This document shows positions 20,489-31,279 of a DNA stretch of 64,000 nucleotides, piece after piece (the first letter of the stretch is position 1; each line of letters starts with the position of its first letter). The stretch is taken from the NCBI GenBank assembly GCA_041392845.1, contig JAWKLG010000005.1, forward strand, positions 174,398-238,397. The letters are read 5' to 3'. Position numbers and translations under genes: made by a program. Below the pieces are notes generated by a model. The model was not told the DNA's origin. It worked only from the letters and a program-made list of their open reading frames with translations, and did no database searches. Source of the stretch: Saprospiraceae bacterium (GTDB lineage: Bacteria; Bacteroidota; Bacteroidia; Chitinophagales; Saprospiraceae).

Positions 20489-21150
20489 CAACATCCTCCC
20501 CCGCAGTTGCAGCAAGTCTTTCCCCAAAAGCGAAAGAAGATTTCGAATTGGTACAAAGCGCAATCGAAGGCGATCAATTTTCTTACGGAATTTTGATGGA
20601 CCGTTACCGCCACTCTATTTTTCATACCATGCTAAAAATGGTAAGAAATAGAGATGATGCCGATGATTTAACGATTGAAGCATTTGGAAAAGCTTTCAAC
20701 AAACTTCCAACCTATGCGCCGCACTATGCATTTAGTACCTGGCTGTTTAAAATTGCAATCAATAATTGTATTGACCATATTAGGAAAAAGCGTATTCAAA
20801 CGCTTTCCATAGACGATCCTATCGAACACAACAGCGATCAGGACTTTTCCAACAACCTTAAATCTTCATGGTTAGACCCTGAAGAAAGCATCATAAGAGA
20901 TCAAAGACTGGGCTTGATGAGAAAATCTATCTCAAAACTATCTACCAAGTACCGCTTGATGATAGAACTCAGATACTTTGAAGAATTGAGTTATGATGAA
21001 ATAGCAAATGAACTTGGAATCCCGTTGGGCACCGTTAAAGCCCAACTTTTCAGAGCAAAGGAAATATTGTTTCAGATGATGCAAACTCCGGGTGCTGCAG
21101 CATACCTTGACAATACTGCCAGGGTTTCAGGCTCAAGGGTTTCAGAATAA
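20479..21150 (+). CDS. RNA polymerase sigma-70 family factor (ECF-type)
   Basis: Region 2 (DDLTIEAFGKAF...FSTWLFKIAINNCIDHIRKKR) and region 4 HTH (LSYDEIANELGIPLGTVKAQLFRAKE). Confidence 0.85.
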   Translation: MELATSSPAVAASLSPKAKEDFELVQSAIEGDQFSYGILMDRYRHSIFHTMLKMVRNRDDADDLTIEAFGKAFNKLPTYAPHYAFSTWLFKIAINNCIDHIRKKRIQTLSIDDPIEHNSDQDFSNNLKSSWLDPEESIIRDQRLGLMRKSISKLSTKYRLMIELRYFEELSYDEIANELGIPLGTVKAQLFRAKEILFQMMQTPGAAAYLDNTARVSGSRVSE

Positions 21151-21186
21151 ATCCGAACATACTTAACATTTTATATTCCCATGAAA

Positions 21187-21220
21187 ACTTCTGCCTCTTG
21201 GGGCAGGAGTTTTTTTAATT
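21187..21220 (+). terminator. Rho-independent terminator after the sigma-factor gene
   Basis: cttCTGCCtcttggGGCAGgagttttttt. Confidence 0.55.
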
Positions 21221-21444
21221 TTTAGGCAGCAGATCTAAGTAGCTATCCGTTTTACCACTACTTAAGTTTAGGAAAAAAGTATAACTGCGGCCTCTCCTTT
21301 ACGCTCACTATTTGCAGTTTCATCTGACAACCTTATAATGAAGAGGCCGCAATTTTTTCTGAAATATTCCATCCTCCGTCCACATTTTATCCTTGTTTGA
21401 TACTTTCTTTCTAAAAATGGTACCAATGAGCAAAAGCTCATGTT

Positions 21445-21726
21445 ATGGACAACAACACAATTAGTCTGGAGGAAAAGTTATTCTCAGCTATTCAAAGTCA
21501 GTCTTCCAAATCTTCTTGTTGGAAAAAAGAAACCATGCAGATTTTGGGGCTCGGAAAAAGTGCATTTTATAATCGCCTGAGTGGACAAACTCCGCTCCAT
21601 TTAAAGGATGCTCTTTTACTGGCAAAACATTTTAAGATTCCAATCAATATTTTATTTGATCACCCTAAAGAAGAATCTCAATTAAATTCTTTTAGGAAAA
21701 CCACAATTGTGATTTACCAACAATAG
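21445..21726 (+). CDS. Small hypothetical protein, possibly HTH-containing
   Basis: 93-aa ORF; ILGLGKSAFYNRLSGQTPLHLKDALLLAKHF is HTH-like. Weak call, could be a gene fragment. Confidence 0.3.
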   Translation: MDNNTISLEEKLFSAIQSQSSKSSCWKKETMQILGLGKSAFYNRLSGQTPLHLKDALLLAKHFKIPINILFDHPKEESQLNSFRKTTIVIYQQ

Positions 21727-22512
21727 AATACCTGATTTCACAGTTCGACCATGGCGAATCAAAACCCTTTTATTTTTCTGCTAAAGGACTTCCCTTCTTT
21801 TTTACTTGGCTCAAACACCCCTCTTTTTCATTTTTTTTTACTTTACCAGGTTGATTTCCTCTGTTGCTCTCTCTATTGATGATTTTGAAAAATATTTTTA
21901 CGGTCTTCCAGATTTTCCCCCACTTTCTATACAAATTGAACGCCTTTCCAGGCTGTTCTTGGTCCAACGGTATTGAATGGTGGAATGGATTGTTGTAATG
22001 ATCCACTGCTCTTAAGTATTTTTGATCATTTTATCAAGTTAAACAAACCAAATTTGAAGGAAATTCACTTTTTCCGCATTTTTTCAAACGAAATGCAATC
22101 CCTACATGAAAAGGTTTGTGGACTTTTGGACGAAAAAACTAAAATATCAATAATTATAACCACCAGATTTATTTCAGTCAATCCTCAAATTTCGGCTTTG
22201 AATTCTATCTTTTTTACAATAATAATGAAGGAAAATTATCTCAAGGTTTTATAATAACCTTGTTGAAATAAGGGAACAAAAACTAATTTCTTGATTCAAA
22301 GTTTTGGATGCAAAATCAGCTAAATGGAGAATTCGTATTTCCATTATCAGATCAGTCCAGATTTCAGTTATTTTTAGAAAAATCACATAAACAAATCATC
22401 AATCATTTGTCAAAAAAGATAAGTCTAAAACAATCACAATTTTACCCTTTCATCTAAAATTTGATTTGACAAAATTGGGATTGGGTATATTGAGGGCTCA
22501 AAATTTTAAAAC

Positions 22513-24863
22513 ATGTTAAGATTATTGGCCATTTCTCTTGTGAGCGTCATTTCCTGCTGCTCATTTGCCCAAAACACTTCCAATCACGGAAATAAATTTG
22601 AACCTCTTGGTTCCATGCTGCCAGCAGGAACTTTAATCCGGGGCGCAGATGGTGCTCCCGGACCTGAATATTGGCATCAACAATGCGATTACCAGATAAA
22701 ATGTATCCTGGATGTAGAAAAATTAAACCTCTCAGGAAAAGAAACCCTTACTTATCACAATAATTCTCCAAACACCTTAAAATACATCTGGATTCAACTG
22801 GATGAAAATCAACATTCAGTTGAAAATGACAACCAATATTTCGACCCTTCCGGAATCAATAATACAATGAGTGAGACGGATTTGAGATTGTTGAACCCTT
22901 CAACGGAAAAAGAAAAGTATGGCGTAAAAATAGAATCAGTGACCAATAAAAATGGTCAACCACTGAATTACTTTATCAATCAAACCATGATGCGGGTTAA
23001 TTTACCGGAACCAATTGGCCTGGTCGCACCACCTTCAACATAGCCTTCGGAATTACAACCTTATCGACAGAACAGCCTTTGCAAACTTTTCTCAAAATTT
23101 TGCCAATTACCCTCGATAAGGATGTGCGAGTATTTCCCTGAAGACGAAAATTACCACCATCACTCAATGGTATCTGGTGGTTTGTGTTTACAGCGATTTT
23201 GAAGGATGGCAACAAACAGTTTACAGGAAGAGGAGAATTTGCCCTAAATTTTGGAAATTTTGGAAGTTGAAATGACTTTGCCTTCAGATTACCTCGTGGA
23301 GCCACCGGTTCCCGTCAAAATTATGCACAGGTTCTTTCCAAAACTCAATTGGAAAGATAAAAGCTCAAAAGTCGGACATCTTCGTTGAAATTGTTACATT
23401 AAATGAGGCCGTGGAAAATGAAAATAGTAAAACCAACTTCAGCTGTAAAACTCTGGAGATACAAAGCAGAAAAAATGTTAGAGACTTTGCCTGACTGCCA
23501 GTAGAAAATTTATTTGGGATGCCATGAATTTTCCACAAGAAAAGGTAATGATGTCATGTGCATGAGTTATTACCCTAAAGAATCATATCCAATTTACAGC
23601 AGATATTCCACCAAGGCAGTTGCCCATACCTTAAAAACCTATTCAAAATATTCTATTCCTTATCCTTATCCGGTAGCTATTTCAGTAGAAGCAGATAATG
23701 GAATGGAATATCCAATGATATGCTTCAACCCCGGAAGAGCAGAGCCAGATGGAACTTATGACGAACAAGCAAAAAATTCGGCAATTAGTGTCATCATTCA
23801 CGAAGTAGGACATAACTATTTTCCAATGATCATCAACAGCGATGAACGTCAATGGAGTTGGTTTGACGAAGGCATCAATACATTTGTGCAATACCTGGCT
23901 GAATCAGAGTTTGACGTGAATTATAAGTCCTGGGCAGGCCCGGCATACATGATAACTGATTACATGAGTTTACCAAAGGAGCAATTGGAACCCATTATGA
24001 CAAGCAGTGATAACATCGTTGGTTTCTTTCCAAATGCATACCTAAAACCGGCAACAGCACTCAATATCCTTAGAGAAACGGTAATGGGAAGGGAACTTTT
24101 CGATAGAGCATTCAAAGAATATTGCGAGCGATGGGCATTCAAGCACCCAACCCCTGCTGACTTTTTTAGGACCATGGAAGAATCAAGTGGAATGGATTTG
24201 GATTGGTATTGGAGAGGGTGGTTTTATTCTATTGATGCAGTCGATATTTCTTTGGATACAGTCAAATGGTATAAGGTCGATTTAAAAAGTGATCCCGAAC
24301 CCAAAACTTTCACCCAGGAATCCAAAAATGAAAAGCCATTTGAAAATATTACCAGGAAGAAAAACAAGGATGAAGGAGTTGAATTTGCGGTAGAGTCAGA
24401 CCCTGCGCTACAGGATTTTTATTATAAAAACAGGGCCTGGGAAACAGAAGATTCCGTCAGCAGTCAAAAAATCCATTTGTATGAAAATACCTATTCAAAA
24501 AAGGAAAAAAAGCAACTTTTTGAAGACAACAATTACTATGAATTAACATTTAGCAACAAAGGTGGACTTGTAATGCCTGTAATTATTGAATGGACTTTTG
24601 AGGATGGTACAAAAGAAACAGAAAAGATTCCGGTAGAAATATGGAGGAAAAATGAAAACAGCTTTACCAAAGTTTTTGTAAAACAAAAGGAAGTAAAGGC
24701 CATAATAATTGATCCATTAAAGGAGACAGCTGATATCAATACCGGCAATAATGAGTGGCCAGTTAAACAATTGCCGAGTAAATTTCAGGTTTACAAAAGT
24801 CATAAGGTCGAGAAAGGAAAGAACCCGATGCAAAAGGCAGCGGGAAAAACCATAAAACCATAA
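22513..24863 (+). pseudogene. M1-family (gluzincin) zinc metallopeptidase, disrupted by one frameshift near 23040 and five in-frame stop codons between 23044 and 23513
   Basis: N-terminal part (signal peptide MLRLLAISLVSVISCCSFAQ) and C-terminal part (HEVGHNYFPMIINSDERQWSWFDEG = HEXXH-X18-E) sit in different frames. The 470 bp between them is continuous with the downstream frame but contains TGA, TGA, TAA, TAA, TAG. Confidence 0.7.
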
Positions 24864-24864
24864 A

Positions 24865-25455
24865 TCAGTTAGAGGCTTTGGTCACAAATGATTCAAAGCC
24901 TTTCTTTTTAATTTCAGCAGCAAACTGCTCGGCTTCAGCCTGGCTTTTGAATCTGTCAACTATCACTCGGGCAAAAGCACCACCAGAGGTGATTTCTACA
25001 GTTGCATTCCTGTAACCTGCATCTGATAACTGTTTTACCAGATTATCTGCATTCATTTTTTGTTTAAAGGAACCGCCTAATACAATGAAAGCACCTGAGG
25101 AGGATGGAGAATTGGATTTTTTTGGTTCTGTTTTGGGCATTTCTTCTTGTTTTGCAGAGGGGTCCGGTTTTGTCTCAACCTTTTCATCATATGCAATCTC
25201 GTCTTTTTCAGATGTAGCTTCTTGTTTGGTTTCCTCGTCCGTTTTCTCTAAAGGTTGAATGTCTTTTTTTACGACCTCTTCTGCAGAATCATTGGTGTCT
25301 TCCAAACCCATTTCTTCGAGATTTCGCTGAAGAACTTCCTTATTTTGAATCTCATTTGAATTGAGTAGGTCATTGGTTTTGACCAAAAGTAAAATTATGG
25401 CAAGAACACAAACCACCACAATTGAAATCGTAACATAATCCAATCTTGACATCAT
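24865..25455 (-). CDS. SPOR domain-containing membrane protein
   Basis: N-terminal TM, charged linker, C-terminal GAFIVLGGSFKQKMNADNLVKQLSDAGY...QAEAEQFAAEIKKKGFESFV SPOR-like fold motifs. Confidence 0.7.
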   Translation of the reverse strand: MMSRLDYVTISIVVVCVLAIILLLVKTNDLLNSNEIQNKEVLQRNLEEMGLEDTNDSAEEVVKKDIQPLEKTDEETKQEATSEKDEIAYDEKVETKPDPSAKQEEMPKTEPKKSNSPSSSGAFIVLGGSFKQKMNADNLVKQLSDAGYRNATVEITSGGAFARVIVDRFKSQAEAEQFAAEIKKKGFESFVTKASN

Positions 25456-25628
25456 CAGGCTATTAAATTCTAAATAATGTTTTGATAATCAACTACTTTT
25501 GCCAAATCTGCCTTTTCAAAAGTAAACACATTTTACCAAAAAGGCATATTTACATCACTAAAAACCACGAGAATGTTGAGTTTTGTGGTTTACAATTTCT
25601 GATGTTTTTAAAATACTTAGCTTTTCTT

Positions 25629-26363
25629 ATGGATTTAAACACGCTCAACCTGATAGTTGATATTGGAAATACAAGATCAAAATTAGCCCTGTTTAAAGGG
25701 AGCAAGTTATTGAAAAAAGAATTTGTAACCGACCTGTCTGTTGATGATTTAATTCATTTCACAACCAACCAAAACATAGGAAAAGCTATCTTTTCCAACA
25801 CTGGAAATCTCCCTATTGCTATAAAGGAATTTGCAAACAGTGCTTTTAACCCGATTTGGATGTCACATGAATTAGGCTTACCGATCAAAATGGATTATCA
25901 TACTCCCCACACACTAGGGAAAGACAGAATTGCAGCAGTAACGGGCGCATTTGAAAAATTCCCCGGAAAAAATTGTCTGGTAATTGATGCAGGAACCTGT
26001 ATCACATACGATTGGTTAACAAAAGAAGGCCGCTATCTCGGAGGTAACATTGCTCCAGGACTTACGATGAGGTTGAGAGCCATGCATGAATTTACTGCTG
26101 CTTTACCACTGGTTGAACCTGGTGCTGTTTCAGACCCAATAGGAAAATCAACCCAAGAGGCCTTGAAAAATGGAGCTGTTTGGGGAACGTTTAAAGAAAT
26201 TGAAGGCTACATCGACTGGGGAATTGAGAAATTTGAAGATTTATCAGTTGTTTTTACAGGAGGAGACACTGATTTCTTTGTCAGGAATATTAAAAGAGAG
26301 ATATTTGCCGACCTTGATCTTGTTTTGACGGGACTGAATAAAATTTTGAAATTCAATGATTAA
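25629..26363 (+). CDS. coaX: Type III pantothenate kinase
   Basis: LIVDIGNTRSKLALF N-terminal motif; about 245 aa from the ATG at 25629. The upstream extension in the ORF track is not protein-like. Confidence 0.85.
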   Translation: MDLNTLNLIVDIGNTRSKLALFKGSKLLKKEFVTDLSVDDLIHFTTNQNIGKAIFSNTGNLPIAIKEFANSAFNPIWMSHELGLPIKMDYHTPHTLGKDRIAAVTGAFEKFPGKNCLVIDAGTCITYDWLTKEGRYLGGNIAPGLTMRLRAMHEFTAALPLVEPGAVSDPIGKSTQEALKNGAVWGTFKEIEGYIDWGIEKFEDLSVVFTGGDTDFFVRNIKREIFADLDLVLTGLNKILKFND

Positions 26364-26367
26364 TTAC

Positions 26368-27681
26368 ATGCATTCCAAATATTATTTTTTACTACTTCTA
26401 CTTTTTCCAATTTCACTGATAGGGCAAGATCTTGTCAAAAACAATTCTCCCTATTCAAGATTGGGTATTGGAGACTTGTTTAATCGGAATTTTACAGCAA
26501 TGGCCGGAATGGGAGGACTTTCGGCAGCCTTTCAAGATTCAAGGCAAGTGAACATTTTAAATCCGGCATCTTTGGCCTCCCTACAAATGACATCTTTTGA
26601 AGCAGGAATTTATGCCAAATACGCCAATTTAGATGATGGCACCAATACTGCTGAAATTTGGAGTGGAAACCTTTCCTATCTTTCCTTGGGCTTCATCACC
26701 AAAAATCAGCTAAATGCCATTTTAGATAGAAAAAAATCTCCCTGGTCTTGGGGAATGAATTTTTCATTACAACCTTATAGTACTGTCGATTATGGAATCG
26801 AGTTGAGAAACTTCATTAGCGATTCGGTAGAAGTTGTCAACAATTTTTCCGGTTCCGGAGGAAGTTATAAGTTCCTATGGGGAAATGGGGTCAGGTATAA
26901 AGACTTTTCGTTAGGCGCCAACCTTGGATTCCTTTTCGGAAATATTGAAAATCTGCAGACAACCACCCAGTCCGATGAACAGGCATATGCTATTGTAGAT
27001 CAACGTGATATTAGCCTGGGAGGATTTGTTTGGAATGCCGGAGCCCAATACAAAATCCAACTATCAAAGACTGATGAAGATGGCAATAAAGACAATTTCC
27101 CCAAAAGTATTGTGGTAGGATTGTATGGAAATAGTGCTACATCTTTTAATACCAATAGTGATGTATTGGTTTACAGGGTACATGCAAGAAATCCAACGGA
27201 TACTATAAATAACACTTCTGATGTTGAACAGAGTGGCAGGTTACCAGCAGAGTTTTCTTTGGGAGCAATTTACCAGGTGCAGAATAAACTAAAATTGGGT
27301 TTGAATTATTCCATGGCTACCTGGAGTAATTTTGAAATGGAGGCAAAGTCGGATGAAAACCTCAATGACTCCTATACCATTTCATTGGGTGGTGCATATA
27401 CACCGGATTACATTTCTTACAACAATTACCTGAAACGTGTAACTTACCAATTCGGGTTATTGTATGAACAAGATCCAAGATTAGAACTTAAAAGAACAGC
27501 TGTTACCTTGGGTGGATCCTTCCCAATTATTTTACCAAGGCAAACTACCTCCTACATTAATTTAGCAGTGGAAGCAGGTCAATTGAAGGGTACCAATACT
27601 ATTGATGAATGGTATGTAAGAATGATGATGTCTTTCTCTTTAAATGACGACAGTTGGTTCTTTAAAAGGAAGTTCAACTAA
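26368..27681 (+). CDS. Putative outer-membrane beta-barrel protein, hypothetical
   Basis: Signal peptide MHSKYYFLLLLLFPISLIGQ, beta-rich alternating pattern throughout. Confidence 0.5.
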   Translation: MHSKYYFLLLLLFPISLIGQDLVKNNSPYSRLGIGDLFNRNFTAMAGMGGLSAAFQDSRQVNILNPASLASLQMTSFEAGIYAKYANLDDGTNTAEIWSGNLSYLSLGFITKNQLNAILDRKKSPWSWGMNFSLQPYSTVDYGIELRNFISDSVEVVNNFSGSGGSYKFLWGNGVRYKDFSLGANLGFLFGNIENLQTTTQSDEQAYAIVDQRDISLGGFVWNAGAQYKIQLSKTDEDGNKDNFPKSIVVGLYGNSATSFNTNSDVLVYRVHARNPTDTINNTSDVEQSGRLPAEFSLGAIYQVQNKLKLGLNYSMATWSNFEMEAKSDENLNDSYTISLGGAYTPDYISYNNYLKRVTYQFGLLYEQDPRLELKRTAVTLGGSFPIILPRQTTSYINLAVEAGQLKGTNTIDEWYVRMMMSFSLNDDSWFFKRKFN

Positions 27682-27844
27682 TTCAGTACTTTATTTTTTA
27701 GTATTTGAATTCTTAATTTTGACCTTAACTTTAAAGATTATTTAATAGAAAGTTGTATCAGGAATTAATTTTTGATTCGTTTTATTGCTGCCTAATGAAC
27801 CAATTTTTTTTTATTTGATTTCTTTTTTAACAACAACCTTTAAA

Positions 27845-29203
27845 ATGAATAAACAGAAATTTGGAGCACTACTAGTATTTCTTTTTTCAGGATTAACTTT
27901 TCAGGCATTTAGTCAGTGCGGTACCTGGAACGAATCTGATAGAAAGAGTGAAGCGGAAGATGCACACGTAGTGTATAGAGGTCACATTAAAGAAAATAAT
28001 TTTGATGCTGCCTTCCCTTATTGGGAAAAAGCCTACACTATAGCTCCAGCTGCAGATGGACAAAGATCCTTTCACTTTTCGGATGGTGTAGAAATATATT
28101 TACACAAATTTAAAAATGCTACTGACGAAGCTCAAAAAAAGGAGTTTGCTCAAAAAATAATGGACTTGTATGATCAATGGGTAAAATGTTATCCAAAAGA
28201 AAAAGGTTATGCAAGAGGAAGACAGGCTTACAATATGTTTTATACCCTTCAGTCTGATTACCAAAAGCTAAATGAGGTGCTTAAAGAAGCGCTGGAAGCA
28301 GGAGGCCAAAAATCAGAATATATAATCCTGGATCCTTACGCTCATGTTTCAGTTTGGATGTTCCAAAACAATCTGATGGAAGCAGAAGAAGCAAGAAAAA
28401 TCCATACCGCACTGGTAGAATTGGCAGATTACAATATTGCAAATGATAAAACCTACGGTCCTTATTATCAGCAAGCAAAAGATGCCATGTTAGGTACCTT
28501 TGCAACCATTGAAAGAGATATTTTCGATTGTGATTATTTCAAGAATAAATACCTTCCTCAATACAAGGCCGACCCGGAAAATAAAGAAGTTTATCGCGAA
28601 GTTTACAAACAGCTTGTAAAAGGAGGTTGTGATAAAACAGATCCAATTGTTTACGAAATCTTCCTTAAAGATAGTATCGCTACTATGGAGGATTTCAAAA
28701 CCAACAATCCAGGTTATTACGCCAACGAGCTTTATAAGCAAGGACAATTTGAAGAAGCAATTGCTAAATATGAAGAAGCCATAAGCAAAGAAGATGATGC
28801 TGAAAAATTAGCAGATTACCATCTTGCGATTGCTTCCATTCAATTTAGAAAATTGAACCGGTATTCAGCTGCAAGAAGTTCTGCTTTACAGGCTGCTAAA
28901 TTAAAACCAAATTGGGGACAACCTTATATGTTGATTGGAGACATGTATGCACAATCCAGTTCTTCTTGTGGTTCAAATGCATTTGAAAAAGGATTGGCAG
29001 TTCTGGCAGCTTTAGATAAATATTCATACGCTAAATCCATCGACAACAATCCAGAGGTTCAATCAGATGCGAGTTCAAAAATCGCAAGATATAGCGCTTA
29101 TAAACCAGATGGTGGTGAAGCCTTTATGATGAGCGTTAAAGAGGGAGATACAAGAACAGTTCCTTGTTGGATTGGAGAATCTGTAAAAGTCAGATTTAAA
29201 TAA
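27845..29203 (+). CDS. Secreted TPR-like protein, hypothetical
   Basis: ATG at 27845 gives signal peptide MNKQKFGALLVFLFSGLTFQAFSQ; helical repeat-like regions (YKQGQFEEAIAKYEEAI...). Confidence 0.55.
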   Translation: MNKQKFGALLVFLFSGLTFQAFSQCGTWNESDRKSEAEDAHVVYRGHIKENNFDAAFPYWEKAYTIAPAADGQRSFHFSDGVEIYLHKFKNATDEAQKKEFAQKIMDLYDQWVKCYPKEKGYARGRQAYNMFYTLQSDYQKLNEVLKEALEAGGQKSEYIILDPYAHVSVWMFQNNLMEAEEARKIHTALVELADYNIANDKTYGPYYQQAKDAMLGTFATIERDIFDCDYFKNKYLPQYKADPENKEVYREVYKQLVKGGCDKTDPIVYEIFLKDSIATMEDFKTNNPGYYANELYKQGQFEEAIAKYEEAISKEDDAEKLADYHLAIASIQFRKLNRYSAARSSALQAAKLKPNWGQPYMLIGDMYAQSSSSCGSNAFEKGLAVLAALDKYSYAKSIDNNPEVQSDASSKIARYSAYKPDGGEAFMMSVKEGDTRTVPCWIGESVKVRFK

Positions 29204-29223
29204 AAAATAGCTGGCTTCTCATA

Positions 29224-29271
29224 AAAAAACTTCCGAAGTTTGTGGCGCACATCTTCGGAAGTTTTTTTTTA
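29224..29271 (+). terminator. Rho-independent terminator
   Basis: AACTTCCGAAGtttgtggcgcacatCTTCGGAAGTTttttttt, 10-bp stem. Confidence 0.75.
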
Positions 29272-29285
29272 TAAACAATAATGAA

Positions 29286-29711
29286 ATGAAATATACACTC
29301 CTTTTACTATTTGCCTTTGCCTTAGGAAGCTGCGGTATTAAATATACTGCAAGCACGCTACCTGAAAAACAAATATTGTTTGGGGAAGGCGGAGGATTTT
29401 CCGGAAATGTAAAAGAGTATATTTTGTTGGAAAACGGGCAATTATTTACGAGAACTACTTTTGCCGGGACACCTGAAGAATTGCCAAAGGTTAAAAAGAA
29501 AACTGCTGAAACTATTTTTCAAGAATTGACTCCAACCATTATGGAGATGGAATATATCAAACCCGGCAATAAATATGCATATATTCAGTACCAGGTTGAT
29601 AGTTCCACCAATTACAGGGTTGTATGGTCAGAGTCCGATGAGAAAGCACCGGAAAAAGCAGTTAATTATTTCGACCAGCTAAAAGGCCTGGTAAAACCTG
29701 CTAAAGAATAA
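29286..29711 (+). CDS. Hypothetical lipoprotein
   Basis: MKYTLLLLFAFALGSCG lipobox. Confidence 0.55.
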   Translation: MKYTLLLLFAFALGSCGIKYTASTLPEKQILFGEGGGFSGNVKEYILLENGQLFTRTTFAGTPEELPKVKKKTAETIFQELTPTIMEMEYIKPGNKYAYIQYQVDSSTNYRVVWSESDEKAPEKAVNYFDQLKGLVKPAKE

Positions 29712-29713
29712 AA

Positions 29714-30094
29714 TTAAAAAGGCAAATCATCACCAAGGTCATTGTTGGCCATTGGTTCATCATCTGCAGATGGAAAATCCATTGGCTCAGAAGACACACT
29801 TGCTCTTGGAGCTTCCTGACTTGCGCCACCTGATTTCTCCAGTCTCCAGGCATTCAAGTTTGTAAAAAACTTGCCTTGCCATTCTCTTCCTCTCAAGTCA
29901 AAATGAACCTTTATAGGTTCTCCTTCAGGATAATCGTCAAGGAGTGCGCATCTATCCTGAGTAAGCTGAAATTTAATCATTTGAGGATAATTCCCATCCT
30001 GTATTTCGATGACAAATTCTCTGGCTTGAAAGCTGGATGATTTACTTTCCGTATCAAATTTTCTAAAAAGCTTTCCTTCGATTTCAAAAGACAT
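29714..30094 (-). CDS. Small hypothetical protein (DUF3127-like)
   Basis: 126-aa ORF with an acidic disordered C-terminus; resembles a conserved Bacteroidota DUF. Confidence 0.45.
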   Translation of the reverse strand: MSFEIEGKLFRKFDTESKSSSFQAREFVIEIQDGNYPQMIKFQLTQDRCALLDDYPEGEPIKVHFDLRGREWQGKFFTNLNAWRLEKSGGASQEAPRASVSSEPMDFPSADDEPMANNDLGDDLPF

Positions 30095-30124
30095 TTACAA
30101 TTCCTTTTTCAGTTTTATTGAATA

Positions 30125-31120
30125 TTATTTTCCGTCGTAAGCCCATTTAAGATAAACTGCACCCCAGGTAAATCCTCCTCCAAAAGCTGTGAGAATAATA
30201 TCATCGCCCTTTTTTAATTGAGATTCATAGTCCCAAAGGCATAAAGGAAGAGTAGCAGCGGTGGTATTGCCGTATTTTTGAATGTTGACCATCACCTTTT
30301 CCATTGGAAAATCAGTCATGTTGGCTACCGATTCAATGATCCTGATGTTGGCCTGATGTGGCACCAGCCATTCCAATGATTCATTATCCAGATTATTTCT
30401 AGCCATAACTTTTTTCACCACATCAGCCATGCCTTGAACTGCGGCTTTAAAAACTGGTCTTCCATTTTGATAAACTACATGTTCTTTAGCCAAAACCGTT
30501 TCAGCAGTAGCCGGATTTAGAGAGCCCCCCGCTTTTTGGAAAAGAAATTCTCTACCAGCTCCATCTCCTCTTAATATTGCATCCTGGATTCCATTGCCTT
30601 CTTCATTGGCTTCCAATAAAACGGCTCCTGCACCGTCTCCAAAAATGATACAGGTTGACCGGTCTGTATAATCAATAATGGAGGACATTTTCTCTGCTCC
30701 GACAACTATTACTTTTTTATGAAAACCAGTTTCTATAAATTTTGAAGCAGTATTCAAGGCAAATAAAAATCCGGAGCAGGCCGCATTAACATCAAAACCA
30801 TAGGCATGGTTGATTCCTACTTTATCACAAATGATATTTGCTGTATCTGGGAAATTAAAATCTGCAGTTACAGTTGCGCATATTAGTAAATCAATTTCAT
30901 CAGGAGAGGTATTGGTCTTTTCTAATAATCCCTTAACAGCTCCCACTCCCAAGTCAGAAGTAGCTTTTTCAGGATCTTTCAAAATTCTTCTTTCTTTAAT
31001 TCCGGTTCGTTCAGTAATCCATTGGTCATTAGTATCGACCATGGTCTCCAGTTCTTTATTGGTTAGCACGTAATCCGGCAAAAATCCATGGACACCGGTA
31101 ATAGCTGCAAGTCTGGCCAT
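30125..31120 (-). CDS. fabH: 3-oxoacyl-ACP synthase III
   Basis: MARLAAITGVHGFLPDYVLTNKELE..., active-site Cys context AACSGF, HQAN and GFGGGFTWG C-terminus. Confidence 0.9.
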   Translation of the reverse strand: MARLAAITGVHGFLPDYVLTNKELETMVDTNDQWITERTGIKERRILKDPEKATSDLGVGAVKGLLEKTNTSPDEIDLLICATVTADFNFPDTANIICDKVGINHAYGFDVNAACSGFLFALNTASKFIETGFHKKVIVVGAEKMSSIIDYTDRSTCIIFGDGAGAVLLEANEEGNGIQDAILRGDGAGREFLFQKAGGSLNPATAETVLAKEHVVYQNGRPVFKAAVQGMADVVKKVMARNNLDNESLEWLVPHQANIRIIESVANMTDFPMEKVMVNIQKYGNTTAATLPLCLWDYESQLKKGDDIILTAFGGGFTWGAVYLKWAYDGK

Positions 31121-31279
31121 AACAGATTGATATTAAAAAAAGAAACTTTCCTTTCAGTTTGATTAAATAAAATAGGGCGCCAAGGTAGGGAAAATGTCCT
31201 ACATTTAGCGCCCATCTATTTTATAATTGTCCTAATCCTTAAAAGGATTTTGAAGCTATTTATTGAAATTTGGATTCTT

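Noticed and set aside
21727-22512. 790-bp gene-free region with two overlapping small ORFs (21770..22006 minus, 21973..22254 plus)
   Set aside because: Neither ORF has coding-like composition, start context or motifs. More likely decayed or non-coding DNA adjacent to the M1 pseudogene. Could hold an ncRNA, but I see no structure to support a call.
31121-31279. Imperfect palindromic structure (tagggcgcc...ggcgccc) between fabH and the flotillin gene
   Set aside because: Consistent with an ordinary bidirectional terminator/promoter spacer. Nothing unusual beyond that.
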